Assembly: GCA_964016885.1 (NCBI GenBank)
Contig: OZ024747.1
Location: 69,564,001-69,628,000, forward strand
Length of the DNA stretch: 64,000 nucleotides
Source of the DNA: Eledone cirrhosa
Lineage: Eukaryota
Reading direction: 5' to 3'
The translations under genes and the position numbers were made by a program. The notes beneath the pieces were generated by a model that was not told where the DNA came from, did no database searches, and worked only from the letters and a program-made list of their open reading frames with translations. Within the stretch, counting starts at the first letter, position 1, and each line of letters starts with the position of its first letter. Positions 1-13,439 of this stretch are shown piece after piece.

Positions 1-1295
1 CTACTACTATCATCCATGCCACTATGTCTAATGATACCTTCAAGTAATTTTAATTCAATTAATGCTTCCCTTACTGCTACTATTGTTTCCAACTGGTGTT
101 AAGATGTTACAACTAGAATCAGTTCTTGTTGACTAGTTACAGTGACAATTCAACTGCATTAATTTCGCAGTTACCATTAAGCCATTCAAATTAATTCCAC
201 ATTTTGCCTTTCTTTACTCATTTCATAAGCTCTTCCTATCATTATTTTATAATTTTTATTATTTTAATATTCTTTAAATCTTACTTAATTACCATAAAAC
301 ATACAAAAGAAAATTTATGTAATTTTTAAATTGAATTTTTTCCCTAAATCAAGTGAATGCATTAATTATTGATTTTAGTTTCATTCCCAGATCGTAGAGT
401 TGTATTTGTTGCATTTGCAAACTATTTGGCTGCTATGTCTAGCAGGGCAAGCAACCACATGGTGGTTTTTATCATTCTTTTTCTGATATATATAATATTT
501 AGTTTAATAAGAAAATGGTTGGGTAAAATTGCTCACAAACACCTGCTGGATGAAAATGTACTTCTAATGTGGTGCTAGTATATTGTATTAAGCCAAGAAA
601 CTTTAATAATCATTACAGCCTAAGTGATGGGAACAACCCTTTTCTAAATGACTAACTCTGGCAATAGAATATCAGGCAAGGGGACACAACCTTGAATTAT
701 CAATACAAATTAATTGAATTTGGAGTGTCAGACTGATATTCATCACTATGAGTACAATTTCAAACATTGTCTGGTGATCTTACTCTTTAGTGAGTGGCAC
801 ATGGCTAAATTTGGGATATGTGCAGATAGCCCTGTTTTAAATAAAAGGGGTACTATATAAGAAAGAAATGAAATTACAAAAAAACAAAAACAAAAAAAAG
901 CCTATTTTTAAGGATCAGGCATAAAATGCCAATTGTGTCCATAGATTTAATGCATGTGTGCTTGTAATACACAGAGCAAGTGAAATAGAGTTATCTTTTT
1001 TTCTTTATTATTATTTTGATACCAAGCTGCCTGAAGCCACACTTTTTTTTTCTATATTAAGCTGTGAATGTTTCAGTTTATCTAAAAACCTTGCATCATA
1101 ATCATGTAAGAAACTTTGTTAGGTTATGCTTTAAACATATAAGAATGAACAAGTTAATTATATTACTAAATCCTTCCAAAATTTTCAAAATTACTTGAAA
1201 GTCATAGGCAGTGTTTTTCATTAAAAATAGGGTGGTAAAAGTGTTTTTTTTTTTTAATCAACATAACTAAACTAAAATAAATGCCAAAACTAAAC

Positions 1296-1485
1296 TTAAC
1301 CCTCTCTCACCTCTTTCAATTCTAACTGGCCATAACCAGCTGCTCATACATATGTTAAGGTATTGTTCTCAAAATAAAATAACATCAAAATCTCATAGAT
1401 TCAATATTAAGTGAGATATTATGTAAGATAAAGCCTTTACCATGAAAATACTATATATGGAGTAATGTAAATGCTAAAGGGTTAA
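1296..1485. mobile_element. Short non-autonomous DNA transposon (MITE) with TTAA ends, piggyBac/Kolobok-like
   Basis: Begins TTAACCCT and ends AGGGTTAA (inverted termini with TTAA target); about 190 bp, no coding capacity. Confidence 0.5.
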
Positions 1486-1729
1486 AGAGCAAGATTTATT
1501 TGTTCAAATTTAAAGTTTGCCTCATTAGATCACAGCTTATCCAGTTTACATGAAATCTCAAAAGACTGACAGCATAAGGTTTAACATCAGTTCATTGGAA
1601 AGTCATCCTCCAGCTGTTAATATGGTGGTACTCATTTTTCCAGCTGTGTGGACAGGAATAATGGGAAATGAAGTTCCTTGCTCAAGGTGCAAATATGCTA
1701 TCTGGTACAGGGATTAAAAGCATGAATTT

Positions 1730-2005
1730 CATCATCATCATCATCGTTTAACGCCCATCTTCTACGCTTGCATGGGTTTGGACGGGAATTTTCCCACTTG
1801 AGGCAAGATTGGTTATCCTGCTCATATAGGACTGTCTGGTGGGTTTTCTACGGCTGGATGCCCTTCCTAACACCAACCATGTTTACAGTGTGGACTGGGA
1901 GGTTTTTACCGTGTTACCTACACGGCCACATTACAGCGTGGACTGTGTGTTTTTTTGTCGTGACACCTTCACGTCTGGCGGGTTTTCTACGGCTGGATGC
2001 CCTTC
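1730..2005 (-). mobile_element. RTE LINE 3' UTR fragment with (GAT)n tail
   Basis: (CAT)n followed by sequence closely similar to the reverse complement of the 3' UTR of the RTE copy at 32.3-34.6 kb. Confidence 0.85.
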
Positions 2006-2194
2006 CTATTTATGTTTAAGAACCCATTAATGTAAGTAGTAGGCCACGGATCATCACTGTTCAAAACCAGGAGATAATAATAGAAATATGTCAATTAAAT
2101 TAATGTAATGCTGACATCCAGTTTAACACCGCATGTCTGTTGCAAGCATTCAGAACAGATCACTGTTTTAAAAGAGACCATCCTACCTCCTTCT

Positions 2195-2625
2195 CAGTCT
2201 CAGTAGTTCAGAAAAATGTTGAGCATTTTGGTCGAAGAATCCTTTTTAGCAGAAAGTCCGGATATTTTTCCAGATGCATTATTAATAATAGATTTAGTGT
2301 TTCAAAATTTTATGTACATGATATAACAATTCCCCTGTTTATGATAGGGTCTAAAGAGTTCAGTATTGAAATCTAGTGTGACAAAGGAATTTAGCTACCT
2401 TTGTAATAGTTTTGACTGTTATAGATAAATTATAGTTTTTAAAGAATTTCTACAAACAAGTGTTTTCTAACTATCTCAAACACAGAATCACTAAAGTTTC
2501 TAAAGGTGAACAGAGCATCATCTCTATAAAGGCCACTTCTCTTGCAGAGAAATTCACTTGTTAATTTATTAAGTAGAAATAACCCAACAAGATTAACTCA
2601 ACCCCATACTAATATCAAAATTTTT
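2195..2625 (-). mobile_element. Decayed Penelope-like element, reverse transcriptase fragment
   Basis: Manual minus-strand translation across frameshifts: LVGLFLLNKL..GLYRDDALFTF..VRKHL..FFKNYNLSITVK..VTLDFNTELFRPYHK..ISGLS; collinear with the PLE RT at 60 kb. Confidence 0.75.
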
Positions 2626-2687
2626 ATATGTATATATGATGATTTCTTTTGAATGAAACAATTCTGGTCCTGTAGAAGCTATTTCTA

Positions 2688-2827
2688 TGGTTAAGTGGTT
2701 CACTTCCCAAAGACATGGTCTTTGGTACAATCCCACTACATGACATACTTATCATCATGTTCTGTTGACTCAGGCTGACTAATGCCTTGTGAATTAAATT
2801 TAGTAGGCAGAAACTGCAGAAGCCTGT

Positions 2828-2830
<3 letters not shown>
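2688..2830 (+). mobile_element. Degenerate tRNA-derived SINE (family C) ending in (TA)n
   Basis: GGTTAAG..CTTCCCAA..ATGGT head and GCCTTGTGA..GAAACTG..GAAGCC tail; related to the minus-strand copy at 17.2-17.4 kb. Confidence 0.55.
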
Positions 2831-2864
<34 letters not shown>

Positions 2865-2954
2865 CGTTGAAAGAGATAGAAGGCTAAACAATGCAAAATG
2901 GACTGTAACATGAGGTAACGAAAAGTAAGTTACCTGGTAATTTTTTTTTTGGGC

Positions 2955-3490
2955 TTTTTTCTGTCCAATATTTCGGGACCTAAAAGTCCCTTCTTCAGTG
3001 TTTAAGGAACTTTCAATGGATAATGTTCCTCTCTGGGATTAGATTTTGATTTTGAATAAAACACTTTCTAAGTCATTTTTAAGCATTTTTTTATGGTTAT
3101 TACACTTTACACGAGAATGATGTCCATTGCCAATATAATATTTTGCAAAATCAATTTTCTTTTTTGTATGAGATGTTTAGTTTGTGTGTCTGTAGGTATG
3201 TCTTTTAATATTAAGTAATGTGAGCTGAGTTCTAATCTATTATTTATTTACGGGTTGAGTCTACATATGAGCAAGGCTTCCTCAATTCTTAGATTGCCCA
3301 CATTTCTAACACTGGCTTTAACAGTAAAGGTCATATGCTGGTTGATGTTTCTACATTTGTCAATGTGTTTTTTTAATGAGGATGCGAGTGAGTTGAAGTG
3401 TTCTTTAATGCGAGTGTGGAGTGCTCAAGTCGTGCTATCAATGTAGACCTTACATTTGTTGCATTCAATACAATATACCACATGTGTCCA
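2955..3490 (-). mobile_element. Penelope-like element 3' end: GIY-YIG endonuclease relic plus terminal hammerhead-like motif
   Basis: Minus-strand translation of about 3490-3210: VVYCIECNKCKVYIDSTT*ALHTRIKEH...LRIEEALLICRLNP*INNRLE (GIY-YIG signature); downstream CTGAAGA-A-GGGAC/GTCCC-GAAA. Confidence 0.8.
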
Positions 3491-3499
3491 ATGGTGTAA

Positions 3500-3750
3500 C
3501 AACTGGTGATGGGCTTGCAATCTGTCCTGGGAGGTGAGGGATGGAAGCACAAATGTCTTCTTAGGCCTTTCTGAAAGGGTCTGGAAGAGAGCTAGCCTTG
3601 ACAATTGGTTACTGGAATGTTACAACACTTACAGGCAAAGAGCAGGAACTAGTGGAGGTGATGAGATGAGATGCTACCGGCTAGATACAGTCAGTTCCAC
3701 AGCTCTGGTACAGTAGATTTGGATGGAGGATGGAAACTCAACTATTCAGG
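3500..3750 (+). mobile_element. RTE LINE 5' relic (APE endonuclease N-terminus)
   Basis: TIGYWNVTTLTGKEQELVEVM..YRLDTV..GTVDLDGGWKLNYSG, matching APE motif I of RTE/Expander-like elements. Confidence 0.65.
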
Positions 3751-3864
3751 TATACACACACACACACATATTAGAAAGAGTTGCCGCACGTCTGAGCTCT
3801 TGCTGTCCCAAGTATTGAGTACTCTGTTGAATAATGATCTAACTAGTTTAATACTGGTTTAACC

Positions 3865-4130
<266 letters not shown>

Positions 4131-4135
4131 TCAAG

Positions 4136-4352
4136 GGCGGTGGATTGGCAGGTCCGGTAGAATGTCAGACACCATGCTTTGCAGCATAGAGTTACGGCCC
4201 TTTATGATCTGAGTTCAAATCCCGCCGAGGTTAACTTTGCCTTTCATCCTTACAGGGTCGATAAAATAAAGTACCAGTCATGCACTGGGGTCGATTTAAT
4301 CGACTTTCCCCTCCCTCAAAATTGCTGGCCTTGTGCCTCTATAAGAAACCAT
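4136..4352 (+). mobile_element. tRNA-derived SINE family A
   Basis: A-box-like TGGCAG..GGTAG, B-box GAGTTCAAATCC, central CTTTGCCTTTCATCCTTACAGGGTCGATAAAATAAAGTACCAG; more than 10 copies in the window. Confidence 0.9.
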
Positions 4353-5919
4353 TATATATATCATGCATATATTTCTATATATGTAGGTGTGATTATACAT
4401 GTGCAGTCTCCCACCAGCAGTGACACACTCACATGCACATATGCATACAAACATACACGTACATAGATGTTAATAACTCAGATTTCTTAATTTTATATTC
4501 TTTACATTTTATATCAATATTTCTTGCCAAACCAATGTAATGTGCTTAAAGCATTAAATAAAATCATCTTTTTTCTGTTGTAACACATCAATCTGTTTAT
4601 TTACAGTAATTCTCAAATATTATTCAGGAAAGCAACGTTAGTTGATTACATAATCTTCTCACAATATTAAATTTCTTCACTAAATTCACTAATGTGATGT
4701 ACAAAAACACCTTATTTCTTCCTATTACTTAGCACGACACCAAATATTTCAATATTTGAATAATTATAATGTTTGTTCAAATATTCCTAATTTTTTCTTT
4801 GTTTTTGTTATATTAAAACTGCTATATGACACACCTGGAAATAATAGCTCCCATTCCATATTAGTATGTTAAATTAAACTCAAACCTTTTCTTAGTTGGC
4901 AAGAAGACAAAATGGAAATGTTTATAAAATATCTAGTTTTTATCTCAAAGTGGATGCAGGGAGGGTTACAATATACAGTATATCTGGTCTATCACTAAAA
5001 TGTGATTTCTTTTATATTATTTTTTTTCTGTATAGAATGTTTGTGTTGTTGTTATTTACATCTCAGAGATTATAAAAGTCTGAAATCATATTTATTTTTA
5101 GGGTAAAACAGTGAAGGGAAAAAATGTCTACAAAGTTTGGTTCTGTAATAGGTGAAGATTTTAAGAGAATAGTGAAAAATGAATATAGGATGTTGGATAA
5201 GAGTGGGAGGAAGATTGGAGGGTAGAGGAGACACAGTGGACAAGTGATGGCTATAGCCAGAAGTTGTGGTCATTGACAAGGAAGAAGATGACGACGATGA
5301 TGATGATAATAATAATAATGATTTTGATGATGCTGATGCTGATGAGCAGCAGGAGGAGGAGGAGAGCTGGAGACTGCCATCAAGGGAAAGGAATTAAAAA
5401 AAGAAAAAGGAGTGAAGGGTGAGGGAGGTAAAAGAATAGATAGCAGTATTAGCTTCAAACAGTGGACAGTCTGCTTTGGGAAGAGACTAATCTAAAAGTG
5501 TGGTGGTCACAACTCCATTTTGCACTGCTTCCATGTTGCCAAGCACTATGAGTCATGGAGGCCAGATATAATAAAACTAATTCATTTCTTTTACAACTGA
5601 CCATTGCTATAACAACAGGGAGATGGCAAGGGGTGAGAAGAAAGAGAAAAAGAGAGGGAGAGGTGTCTGTCCAGAGACAGAGAAGATGGTCAGTGAGAGA
5701 AGAAAGAAATGTAAGAAAAGAACAAGAAAACAAATATAGTAATAAAGGGAAAGAAATGAGAAGGCCATGTAAGACAGTATGGAAGAAAAAAAGGGACGAA
5801 GGGATGAAGCAAGTGGACATTGTCTTAAGCTGCTTTTGCAGCACCACTTTAGCATTTATCTCCTGCCATCAGAATAACTGACCATTCAGTTAAAATTTTA
5901 TCAGTTAGCATAAGAGAGA

Positions 5920-8900
5920 GACAAGCAATACAACAACCAGCATCACCAACATCAACATCAACAACAACATCAACAACGCACTTCCAACACCACCATAAAG
6001 CGAAAATGACATTATCATCAACAGCCACAATATCACCATCATCACCATCACCACCACCATAAATAGTACCAGCAGCCACATCCTCAACACCATCATCAAC
6101 ACCCACAATAGCACTGCCATTACCACCACCAGCATCACCACTAGCACCCACACCACCTACACCACCACCACCACCACCACCCTAATGAAAAGCATCATTA
6201 CCAACATCCACTATAACACTACCATCATCATCATCACCACTGTCACAATCACCATCATCATCACTATCATCACTATCATCACCATCACCCACCACCATAA
6301 ATAACCACAGCAGCAAAAACAACATAACAGAGTGCTTTCATGGTGACAGCCACCCCCAGTCCACCCTAGAAAAAAAGTAATAAATAAATGAAGAATAGAT
6401 AAAAAGAGTTAAACCCATAGTGGCAGTTGTTATGAAGGTAGTTTAGCCTAAGACATCTTTTTACTAGTCTGGGTGGTGGTGGTGGTGGTGGTGGTAGTGG
6501 TGGTGCTGATGGGGGGTGGGGGATGGTGGTGGTGGTGGAGGGGGGAGTGATAGTGGTGATAGTGGTGGTGTTGTTGGTGGTGGTGGTGTTGGTTGTGGTG
6601 GTGATGGCATTGGGGCTGATAGTGGTGATGGTGTTGTGGTGGTTGTGGTGGTGTTAGAGGCTGATGGTGGTGGTGGTGGTGGTGTTAAGGGCTGATGGTG
6701 GTGGTGTTCCACTGATAGTGCTGGTGGTGGTGAGGGTGGTAGTGGTGGTGTTGGGGCTTATAGTGGTGGTGATGGTGTTGTTGGGGCTGATAGTGGTGGT
6801 GATGGTGTTGTTGGGGCTGATAGTTGTGGTGATGGTGTTGTTGGGGCTGATAGTGGTGGTGGGAGGGTGAGGAGACTGAACAGGAGATTTGGTTAAAGGT
6901 GCTGATGTTGTGTAATGGACTTATGATTGTTGTTGTTATTGTTGTCATGTCAGTGCCAGTGCTTAGCTGTTAGTATGTACGTATGTGTGTGTGTAGGTTT
7001 GTGTGTGTGAGTGCGTGTGTTTGTGTGTATGTGTATGGGTGTTCGAGTGTGTGTGAATATATATATATGTTTCTGTGTTTAACTGTGTGTGTATGTATAT
7101 GTTTGAGTGTTTATGTGTGTATGTGTGTGTCTGTTTGAGTGTGTGTGTGTGTGTGTGTGTAGAAGAAAGGGGTGACAGTTGTAATACAGCTACAGCTGAA
7201 GCTAATGGTGCTGCTGGTAGTGGTGGTGGTGGTGGTGGTGGTGGTGGTGGTGGTAGTGGTGGTGGTGGTGGTGGTGGTGGTGGTGGTGGTAGTGGTGGTG
7301 GTGGTGGTGGTGGTGGTGGTAGTGGTGGTGGTGGTGGTGGTGGTGGTGGTGGTGGTGGTGGTAGTGGTGGTGGTAATGGCTGGGTAGGAAGGAAAGAGAC
7401 TACTCCCTTAACACACCCACCCATCAAATTCCCCACCTACAGCAGCAGCTGTAATAGTAGTAGCAGTAGTTGTAGTAATAGTAGTAGTAGTAATAGTAGT
7501 AGTAGCAGCAGCAGTAGTAGAAGTAGTAATAATAGTAGTAGTAGTAATAATAGTAGTAGTAGTAGTAGTAGTAGTAGCAGTAGTAGTTGTAGTAATAGTA
7601 GTAGCAGTAGTAGTGAAATGGAAGTTATGGTCAAGCAGGATGAAGTGGGGTTGAGAGTAGTAGTGGTGGTGGTAGTAGTGGTGGTAGTAGTGGTGGTGGT
7701 AGTAGTGGTGGTAGTAGTGGTGGTGGTAGTAGTGGTGGTGGTAGTAGTGGTGGTGGTAGTAGTGGTGGTAGTAGTGGTGGTGGTAGTAGTGGTGGTAGTA
7801 GTGGTGGTGGTAGTAGTGGTGGTGGTAGTAGTGGTGGTGGTAGTAGTGGTGGTAGTAGTGGTGGTGGTAGTAGTGGTGGTAGTAGTGGTGGTGGTAGTAG
7901 TGGTGGTGGTGACAGCAAAAGGATGGACAAGGGAAACAAAGAAATAAAAAGAAAAGGTGAATGCAAGGGATTGGAAAAAAAAAGGGTAGAATAGACTAAT
8001 AGTAGTAGTGATGATAGTGGTGGTTGTGGTGGTGGTTGCAGTGGTGGTGGTGGTGGTGGTGTTTGTAGTGATGGTTGTTGTGGTGGTAGTTGTGGTGGTT
8101 GTGGGGGTAGTGGTAGTAGTGGTGGTGGTGGTTGTGGTGGTAGTGATGGTGGTTGTGGTGGTAGTTATGGTGGTTGTGATGGTGATGGTGATAGTAGTAG
8201 TAGTAGTAGTGGTGATGATGATGATGGTGGTGGTGGTGGTGAGAGGAGAGAAAAATGGTTTCCAAAGAAACAAAAAGCAAAAGAAAGGTAGTAAAGGGAG
8301 ACAAGAGAAGCAGCAGAGTTTTTCCACACCCCTTACTGCACCTGCTTTCTTCATGTGGCTGAAGAAGTCTCAACTATTTGACCTGACCAGCACAGGATGA
8401 TGGCCAGTCTTTTCCACTCAGACAATCTTACACAGACTCTCTTACATCAGTATAGATATTGTCACCAATAAACATCATCATCATCAACACTATAACTAAT
8501 ACCATCACTACAAATAACACAATACCAATAAATACCATTACCAACAATAGCAATACCCTTAACACTAACAATATCACCAACAACAACAAATCACAAACAC
8601 CACTAACAAAACACCTACAGTCACCTACAGTCACCACCATCAAAAACACTAATAACAACACCACTACTAGAACATATTTATTGTCATTCAACCTACAAGA
8701 AATAGCAGCCAAATCTCCCTCAAATCACATCCTGCTGTCTTAAATATGGACTCAGTGGCTAATGTGGTCCTAGGCCTCCTGCTCATAAGAAAAACACGAG
8801 ATGACCATGACTGGTATATATTTGATCATAGATCAGCTCAGAGCTAATCTGGGGCTCAACAACAACAACAACAACAACAAAAACACCAGCAAGATCACCA

Positions 8901-9150
8901 AATACACTGTCATTAACAGACACCACCAGATCTACCACTACCAAAATCTGAACTTACAGAATCACAACCATCACAAACAATAACAAAACACTATCAGAAA
9001 CAAGATAAACAATACTGATATCAAGTATACCAAAATCAGCAGCTGGCATAATAACTACTACAATGGAAACAAAACCACATAATACAAAACCATCACTAAC
9101 ATTAACAAAACCAATGCAACAATCACCACCACCACCACCACCACCAAGCA
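5920..9150. repeat. Large low-complexity trinucleotide domain ((CAC)n/(GGT)n/(AGT)n/(AAC)n), including a 30-bp minisatellite at about 6750-6860 and a higher-order GTAGTAGTGGTG(GTG) array at 7657-7910
   Basis: Direct reading; ORFs here are homopolymeric (polyV/G/S/T/P/H). Confidence 0.9.
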
Positions 9151-9420
9151 TTGCTGATAGTTATTAATACAAAAATCAAAATAACAATAGCAATTTACCT
9201 AGCCACCCATTTATTTATTTTAAGTATCTATCTCTCTACCAATGTACCAGCTTACCTATCTATCAATTTGTCTATTATCTATCTACTTACTACCTACCTA
9301 CCTCTCTCTCTCATATATATATGCCTGTCTCTGTATCTATTTATCTATCTGTCTGTCTTGTAATCTATCTATCTTTTTATCTATCTATCTATCTATCTTT
9401 TTATCTATCTATCTATCTAA

Positions 9421-10680
9421 GGGAAACCCTCACCAAGATGGAGCGCGCGCTCTTCCAATTCCTTTGGAAGAGGCGGGCTCCTATGGTGAGGAGATCCATC
9501 TGCTGTCAACACCCTTCGAAAGGAGGGCTGGGGATGCCGTGGCTAATGATGCGTAAACACGCATTAAGGCTACGGCACCTCTACGTATTCCTCACCGGAC
9601 AACCGGTGTGGGCCTCGTTTGTGAGACGAACCTTTCCCAGACTCGTCTCACTCACCGAGCTGCAATCCTGGGTCAAGCAAAGACCGAGAAAACTGGGCGC
9701 CTGGCACACTGAGTGTGCCCAGGCGCTCACCGCCCTCTGGCAGGCGGATCCGGTTATCAGTGGAGACTCCACCGCAACATTCTATAGAGGGCTGGTACGC
9801 AGCAGGTGCGACGACGCCCTCGGAGAAGCCCTAGACATGGAGGAGGACGAACTGGCCAGCCTGTTCGGTAGGACATTCAGCCCGGGACCTATGGACAACT
9901 TCCAGAAGTCCCTGGCCTGGCAGTGCTACCGAGGGGCTTTACCCGTTCGAGAAAGGCTCTACAGACACAGGCGCCCGGGTAGGGACCCCGCCAAAAAGAT
10001 CTGTCCCAGATGCGTGTGCGACGAGGAAACCGTTGCACACGCATTGGTACACTGCTCGGGCGTAGCCGATCTGTGGGGCTATGTCGAACAACTGCTGTCA
10101 AGGGTGGGACCGATCCGGTTGACCACCGAGTCTATTGTAATGATCAAGCCGCCTCCCCCCTTCAAAGATGAAGCAGAGGCGGTGTTTCTGTGCGTAATAG
10201 CCATGGCGAAAGAGGTTGTATGGTGGACGCGTCTGAAAGGACTGAGGACAGGCACCTTTCTCTCTGGCCAACAACTGGTCCGTTTCTTCCGATATCATTT
10301 CGGAAGAAGGATCAGGATGGAGAGAGAGGTGCTGCACCCCAGCCGTTTCTATGAAAGATGGGTGAAAGTGGCGAGAATGGCCCGTGTGAATGGGCCTTCA
10401 CTCTACATCAGACTATAGGTGAGGAAGATGAAAGACCAAGGGAGCACCCCTTCTCTGTGCTCCTGAGGAGAAGGGTTGCACACTTTTTTCGGGGGTGTGT
10501 GCGACCCCCCAAGGCGCCTCCTCTCTATTGAGGATTTTGTTAAAAATTTTATTTTTTGTTATATCTTATTTTATTTTTATATTTTGTTATTGCCTCCTCC
10601 TTATTGGGGACGCCTTTTTGTGTAAACTCCCCCCTTTGTACTTGTCCCACTTTTGATGCCCTAGTGGCAAATAAAAGAAA
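9421..10680 (+). mobile_element. 5'-truncated L1/Tx1-clade non-LTR retrotransposon inserted in a (TCTA)n microsatellite
   Basis: GC-rich island with sharp edges, (TATC)n on both sides, 3' UTR ending AATAAAAGAAA. Confidence 0.9.
9423..10418 (+). CDS. L1/Tx1 ORF2 C-terminal region (post-RT, with zf-RVT CCHC finger), 5'-truncated, uninterrupted
   Basis: FQFLW...ICCQHPSKGGLGMP motif; WQCYRGALPV; CPRC..EETVAHALVHC. The N-terminus of the ORF-track entry is microsatellite read-through. Confidence 0.85.
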   Translation, partial: ETLTKMERALFQFLWKRRAPMVRRSICCQHPSKGGLGMPWLMMRKHALRLRHLYVFLTGQPVWASFVRRTFPRLVSLTELQSWVKQRPRKLGAWHTECAQALTALWQADPVISGDSTATFYRGLVRSRCDDALGEALDMEEDELASLFGRTFSPGPMDNFQKSLAWQCYRGALPVRERLYRHRRPGRDPAKKICPRCVCDEETVAHALVHCSGVADLWGYVEQLLSRVGPIRLTTESIVMIKPPPPFKDEAEAVFLCVIAMAKEVVWWTRLKGLRTGTFLSGQQLVRFFRYHFGRRIRMEREVLHPSRFYERWVKVARMARVNGPSLYIRL

Positions 10681-11515
10681 CATATCTATCTATCTATCTA
10701 TCTATCTACCTACCTATCTACCTACCTATCTATCTATCTATCTACCTACCTATCTACCTACCTATCTATCTATCTATCTGTCAATCTCTCTATTTACCTA
10801 TGTGTTTATTTCCTTCAACTCTCTTCTCTCTCTATCACTGATGTAATTTTTCTTTCTTCATTTAGTTTCTTATTTATATATTTATTATTTATTTCATTCA
10901 CATCTTAGTTGTTCTTTAGTATTGATGCAATGGACAGTACCAATCCCTTCCCCCACCACCATAACTTCTTAAGACAGACACACTGCCTAGTGGCCTCACA
11001 CATAATACATACTCTCACACCACACATATATGTGTGTGTGTGTGTGCATACAACCTCACACGCACGTCTGCGTCTGTGAGAGTGTGTGTGTATGTGTATA
11101 TATATATACATATATAAATAAAGACATATACTGTCTTACACTTGTATATTCACGCACAGTCAGATATACACAAGCATTAATATATATATATATATACATA
11201 CACAGCTATATCCCCCTACCTATAGCCATTCCTAATGACCATCTGTCCTAGTTTGGCTTAGTTATTCAGAATTGCCACTGCTATGGCCAGCACTTCTCCA
11301 CTGACCAATTCATTAGTGAGATTCCCAGACTTGCTTCCTATCATAGACTGACCAATATATATGCACATAAGTGCTCATGCACACATGCCTGCATGCACAC
11401 AGATGCATATGCAATGGCACATAGAAGTAGACACAGACACACGGACACACGTGTATAAAGACCACAGGCAGATGCACATTAATTTTGCAATAATCCATAG
11501 ATGTATATGTATCTG

Positions 11516-11551
<36 letters not shown>

Positions 11552-11717
11552 CACACAGGCACATACAGATAATCACATTCATACATAGACATAAAGAGTT
11601 AGATTTACAAATGCATACTTATTCTTACAAACATACATAAACTTGCAGGAAAGTACATTACACAGATACGTATACAAACTGTCATATTTACACACATACA
11701 AAACCACACACACACAC

Positions 11718-11752
<35 letters not shown>

Positions 11753-11874
11753 AATTCATGAACAGAAGCATACGTAAAAATATGCTTCCTATATGTATGA
11801 ATTTAATTAGGAGGGACACGCATTCATTTGACTGCAATGCATACATACCCATGAAAACCATATTCAGACATATT

Positions 11875-11893
11875 AATATATATATATATATAG

Positions 11894-11925
<32 letters not shown>

Positions 11926-11966
11926 GTATGTATGTATATGTATATATATATATATATTTATGTGTG

Positions 11967-12000
<34 letters not shown>

Positions 12001-12154
12001 TATATGTGTATATATATATATATGTGTGTGTGTATTATATGTGTATATTATATGTGTGTGTGTATATATATATATGTGTGTGTGTGTGTGTATATATATA
12101 TATGTGTGTGTATATATGTATGTATATATATATATATGTGTGTGTATATATATG

Positions 12155-12186
<32 letters not shown>

Positions 12187-12387
12187 ACTACACATACATA
12201 TATATACACACATACATATATACACATATATATGCATACACATATACATGCATACACATACACACATAGATATATACACGCATATAGATATATACACACA
12301 TGTGTATATACATATACACATATATGTGTATATACATATACACATATATGTGTATATACATATACACATATATATGTATATGTACAC

Positions 12388-12424
<37 letters not shown>

Positions 12425-12606
12425 TACATATATATATATACATACACACATATATATACATACATACATACACACATATATATATATATACATATATACA
12501 TACATTTATATATATACATACACATAAATATATATATATACACATACATATATACACATATATACATACATATACACATATGTATATATATATATATATA
12601 TGTGTG

Positions 12607-12668
<62 letters not shown>

Positions 12669-12711
12669 CACACATACATATACACATACACACACATACA
12701 CACATATATAT

Positions 12712-12748
<37 letters not shown>

Positions 12749-12806
12749 CATACACACACACACATATATATACACATACACAGCACATATATACATACAC
12801 ACACAT
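11875..12806. repeat. Compound (TA)n/(TG)n/(CA)n microsatellite, about 0.9 kb
   Basis: Direct reading. Confidence 0.95.
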
Positions 12807-13258
12807 ATCATCATCATCATCATCATCATCAGGTTTAGCGTCCGTGTTCCACGCTTGCATGGGTTTGGACGGGGGTTTTCCCACTTGAGGCAAGAGTGGT
12901 TGTCTTGCTCGCATAGGACTGTCTGGCGGGTTTTCTACAGTTGGATGCCCTTCCTAACACCAACCACATTTACAGTGTGGGGCTGGGAGGTTTTTACCGT
13001 GTTGCCTACACGGCCACATTACAGCGTGGACTGTCTGGCGGGTTTTCTACAGCTGGATGCCCTTCCTAACACCAACCACATTTACAGTGTGGGGCTGGGA
13101 GGTTTTTACCGTGTTGCCTACACGGCCACATTTACAGCGTGGACTGTGTGTTTTTTTTGTCATGACACCTACACGATCTCATTTGTTTCGGCCTGGATGT
13201 TGTGGGACCAACATAACTTTACATTGAAAGGGGCGGTGTGGATGGGGTGGAGGTGGAT
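12807..13258 (-). mobile_element. RTE LINE 3' UTR copy (duplicated ~112-bp unit) with (GAT)n tail
   Basis: Nearly identical to the reverse complement of 34195-34640. Confidence 0.9.
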
Positions 13259-13281
13259 ATATACATATACATACTGTAAAT

Positions 13282-13439
13282 GTGGTTGGGGTTAGGAAGG
13301 ACATTCAGCCATAGAAAACCAGCCAGAAGCCCCTATTTGAGCGAGACACAGTTTCCCGACACGACTTGCCTTAAAATAGGACCCGTTTAACCCATGCTAG
13401 CGTGGAAGATGGACGTTAATCGATGATGATGATGATGAT
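13282..13439 (+). mobile_element. RTE-type 3' tail fragment (older LINE or SINE) with (GAT)n
   Basis: GGTTGGGGTTAGGAAGGACATTCAGCC..CCCATGCTAGCGTGGAAGATGGACGTTAATC(GAT)n. Confidence 0.7.

Noticed and set aside
6464-8400. Long ORFs of up to 305 aa (polyV/G/S/T/P/H)
   Set aside because: Stop-free translations of trinucleotide repeats in several frames and both strands; no coding signature
11758-12914. Overlapping YI/CV/HT-rich ORFs (also at 31.5-32.4 kb and 51.9-52.5 kb)
   Set aside because: Translations of TA/CA microsatellites
12855-13295. Recurrent [18 protein letters not shown] found in several places
   Set aside because: Antisense reading of the RTE 3' UTR; recurrence reflects TE copies, not a gene family
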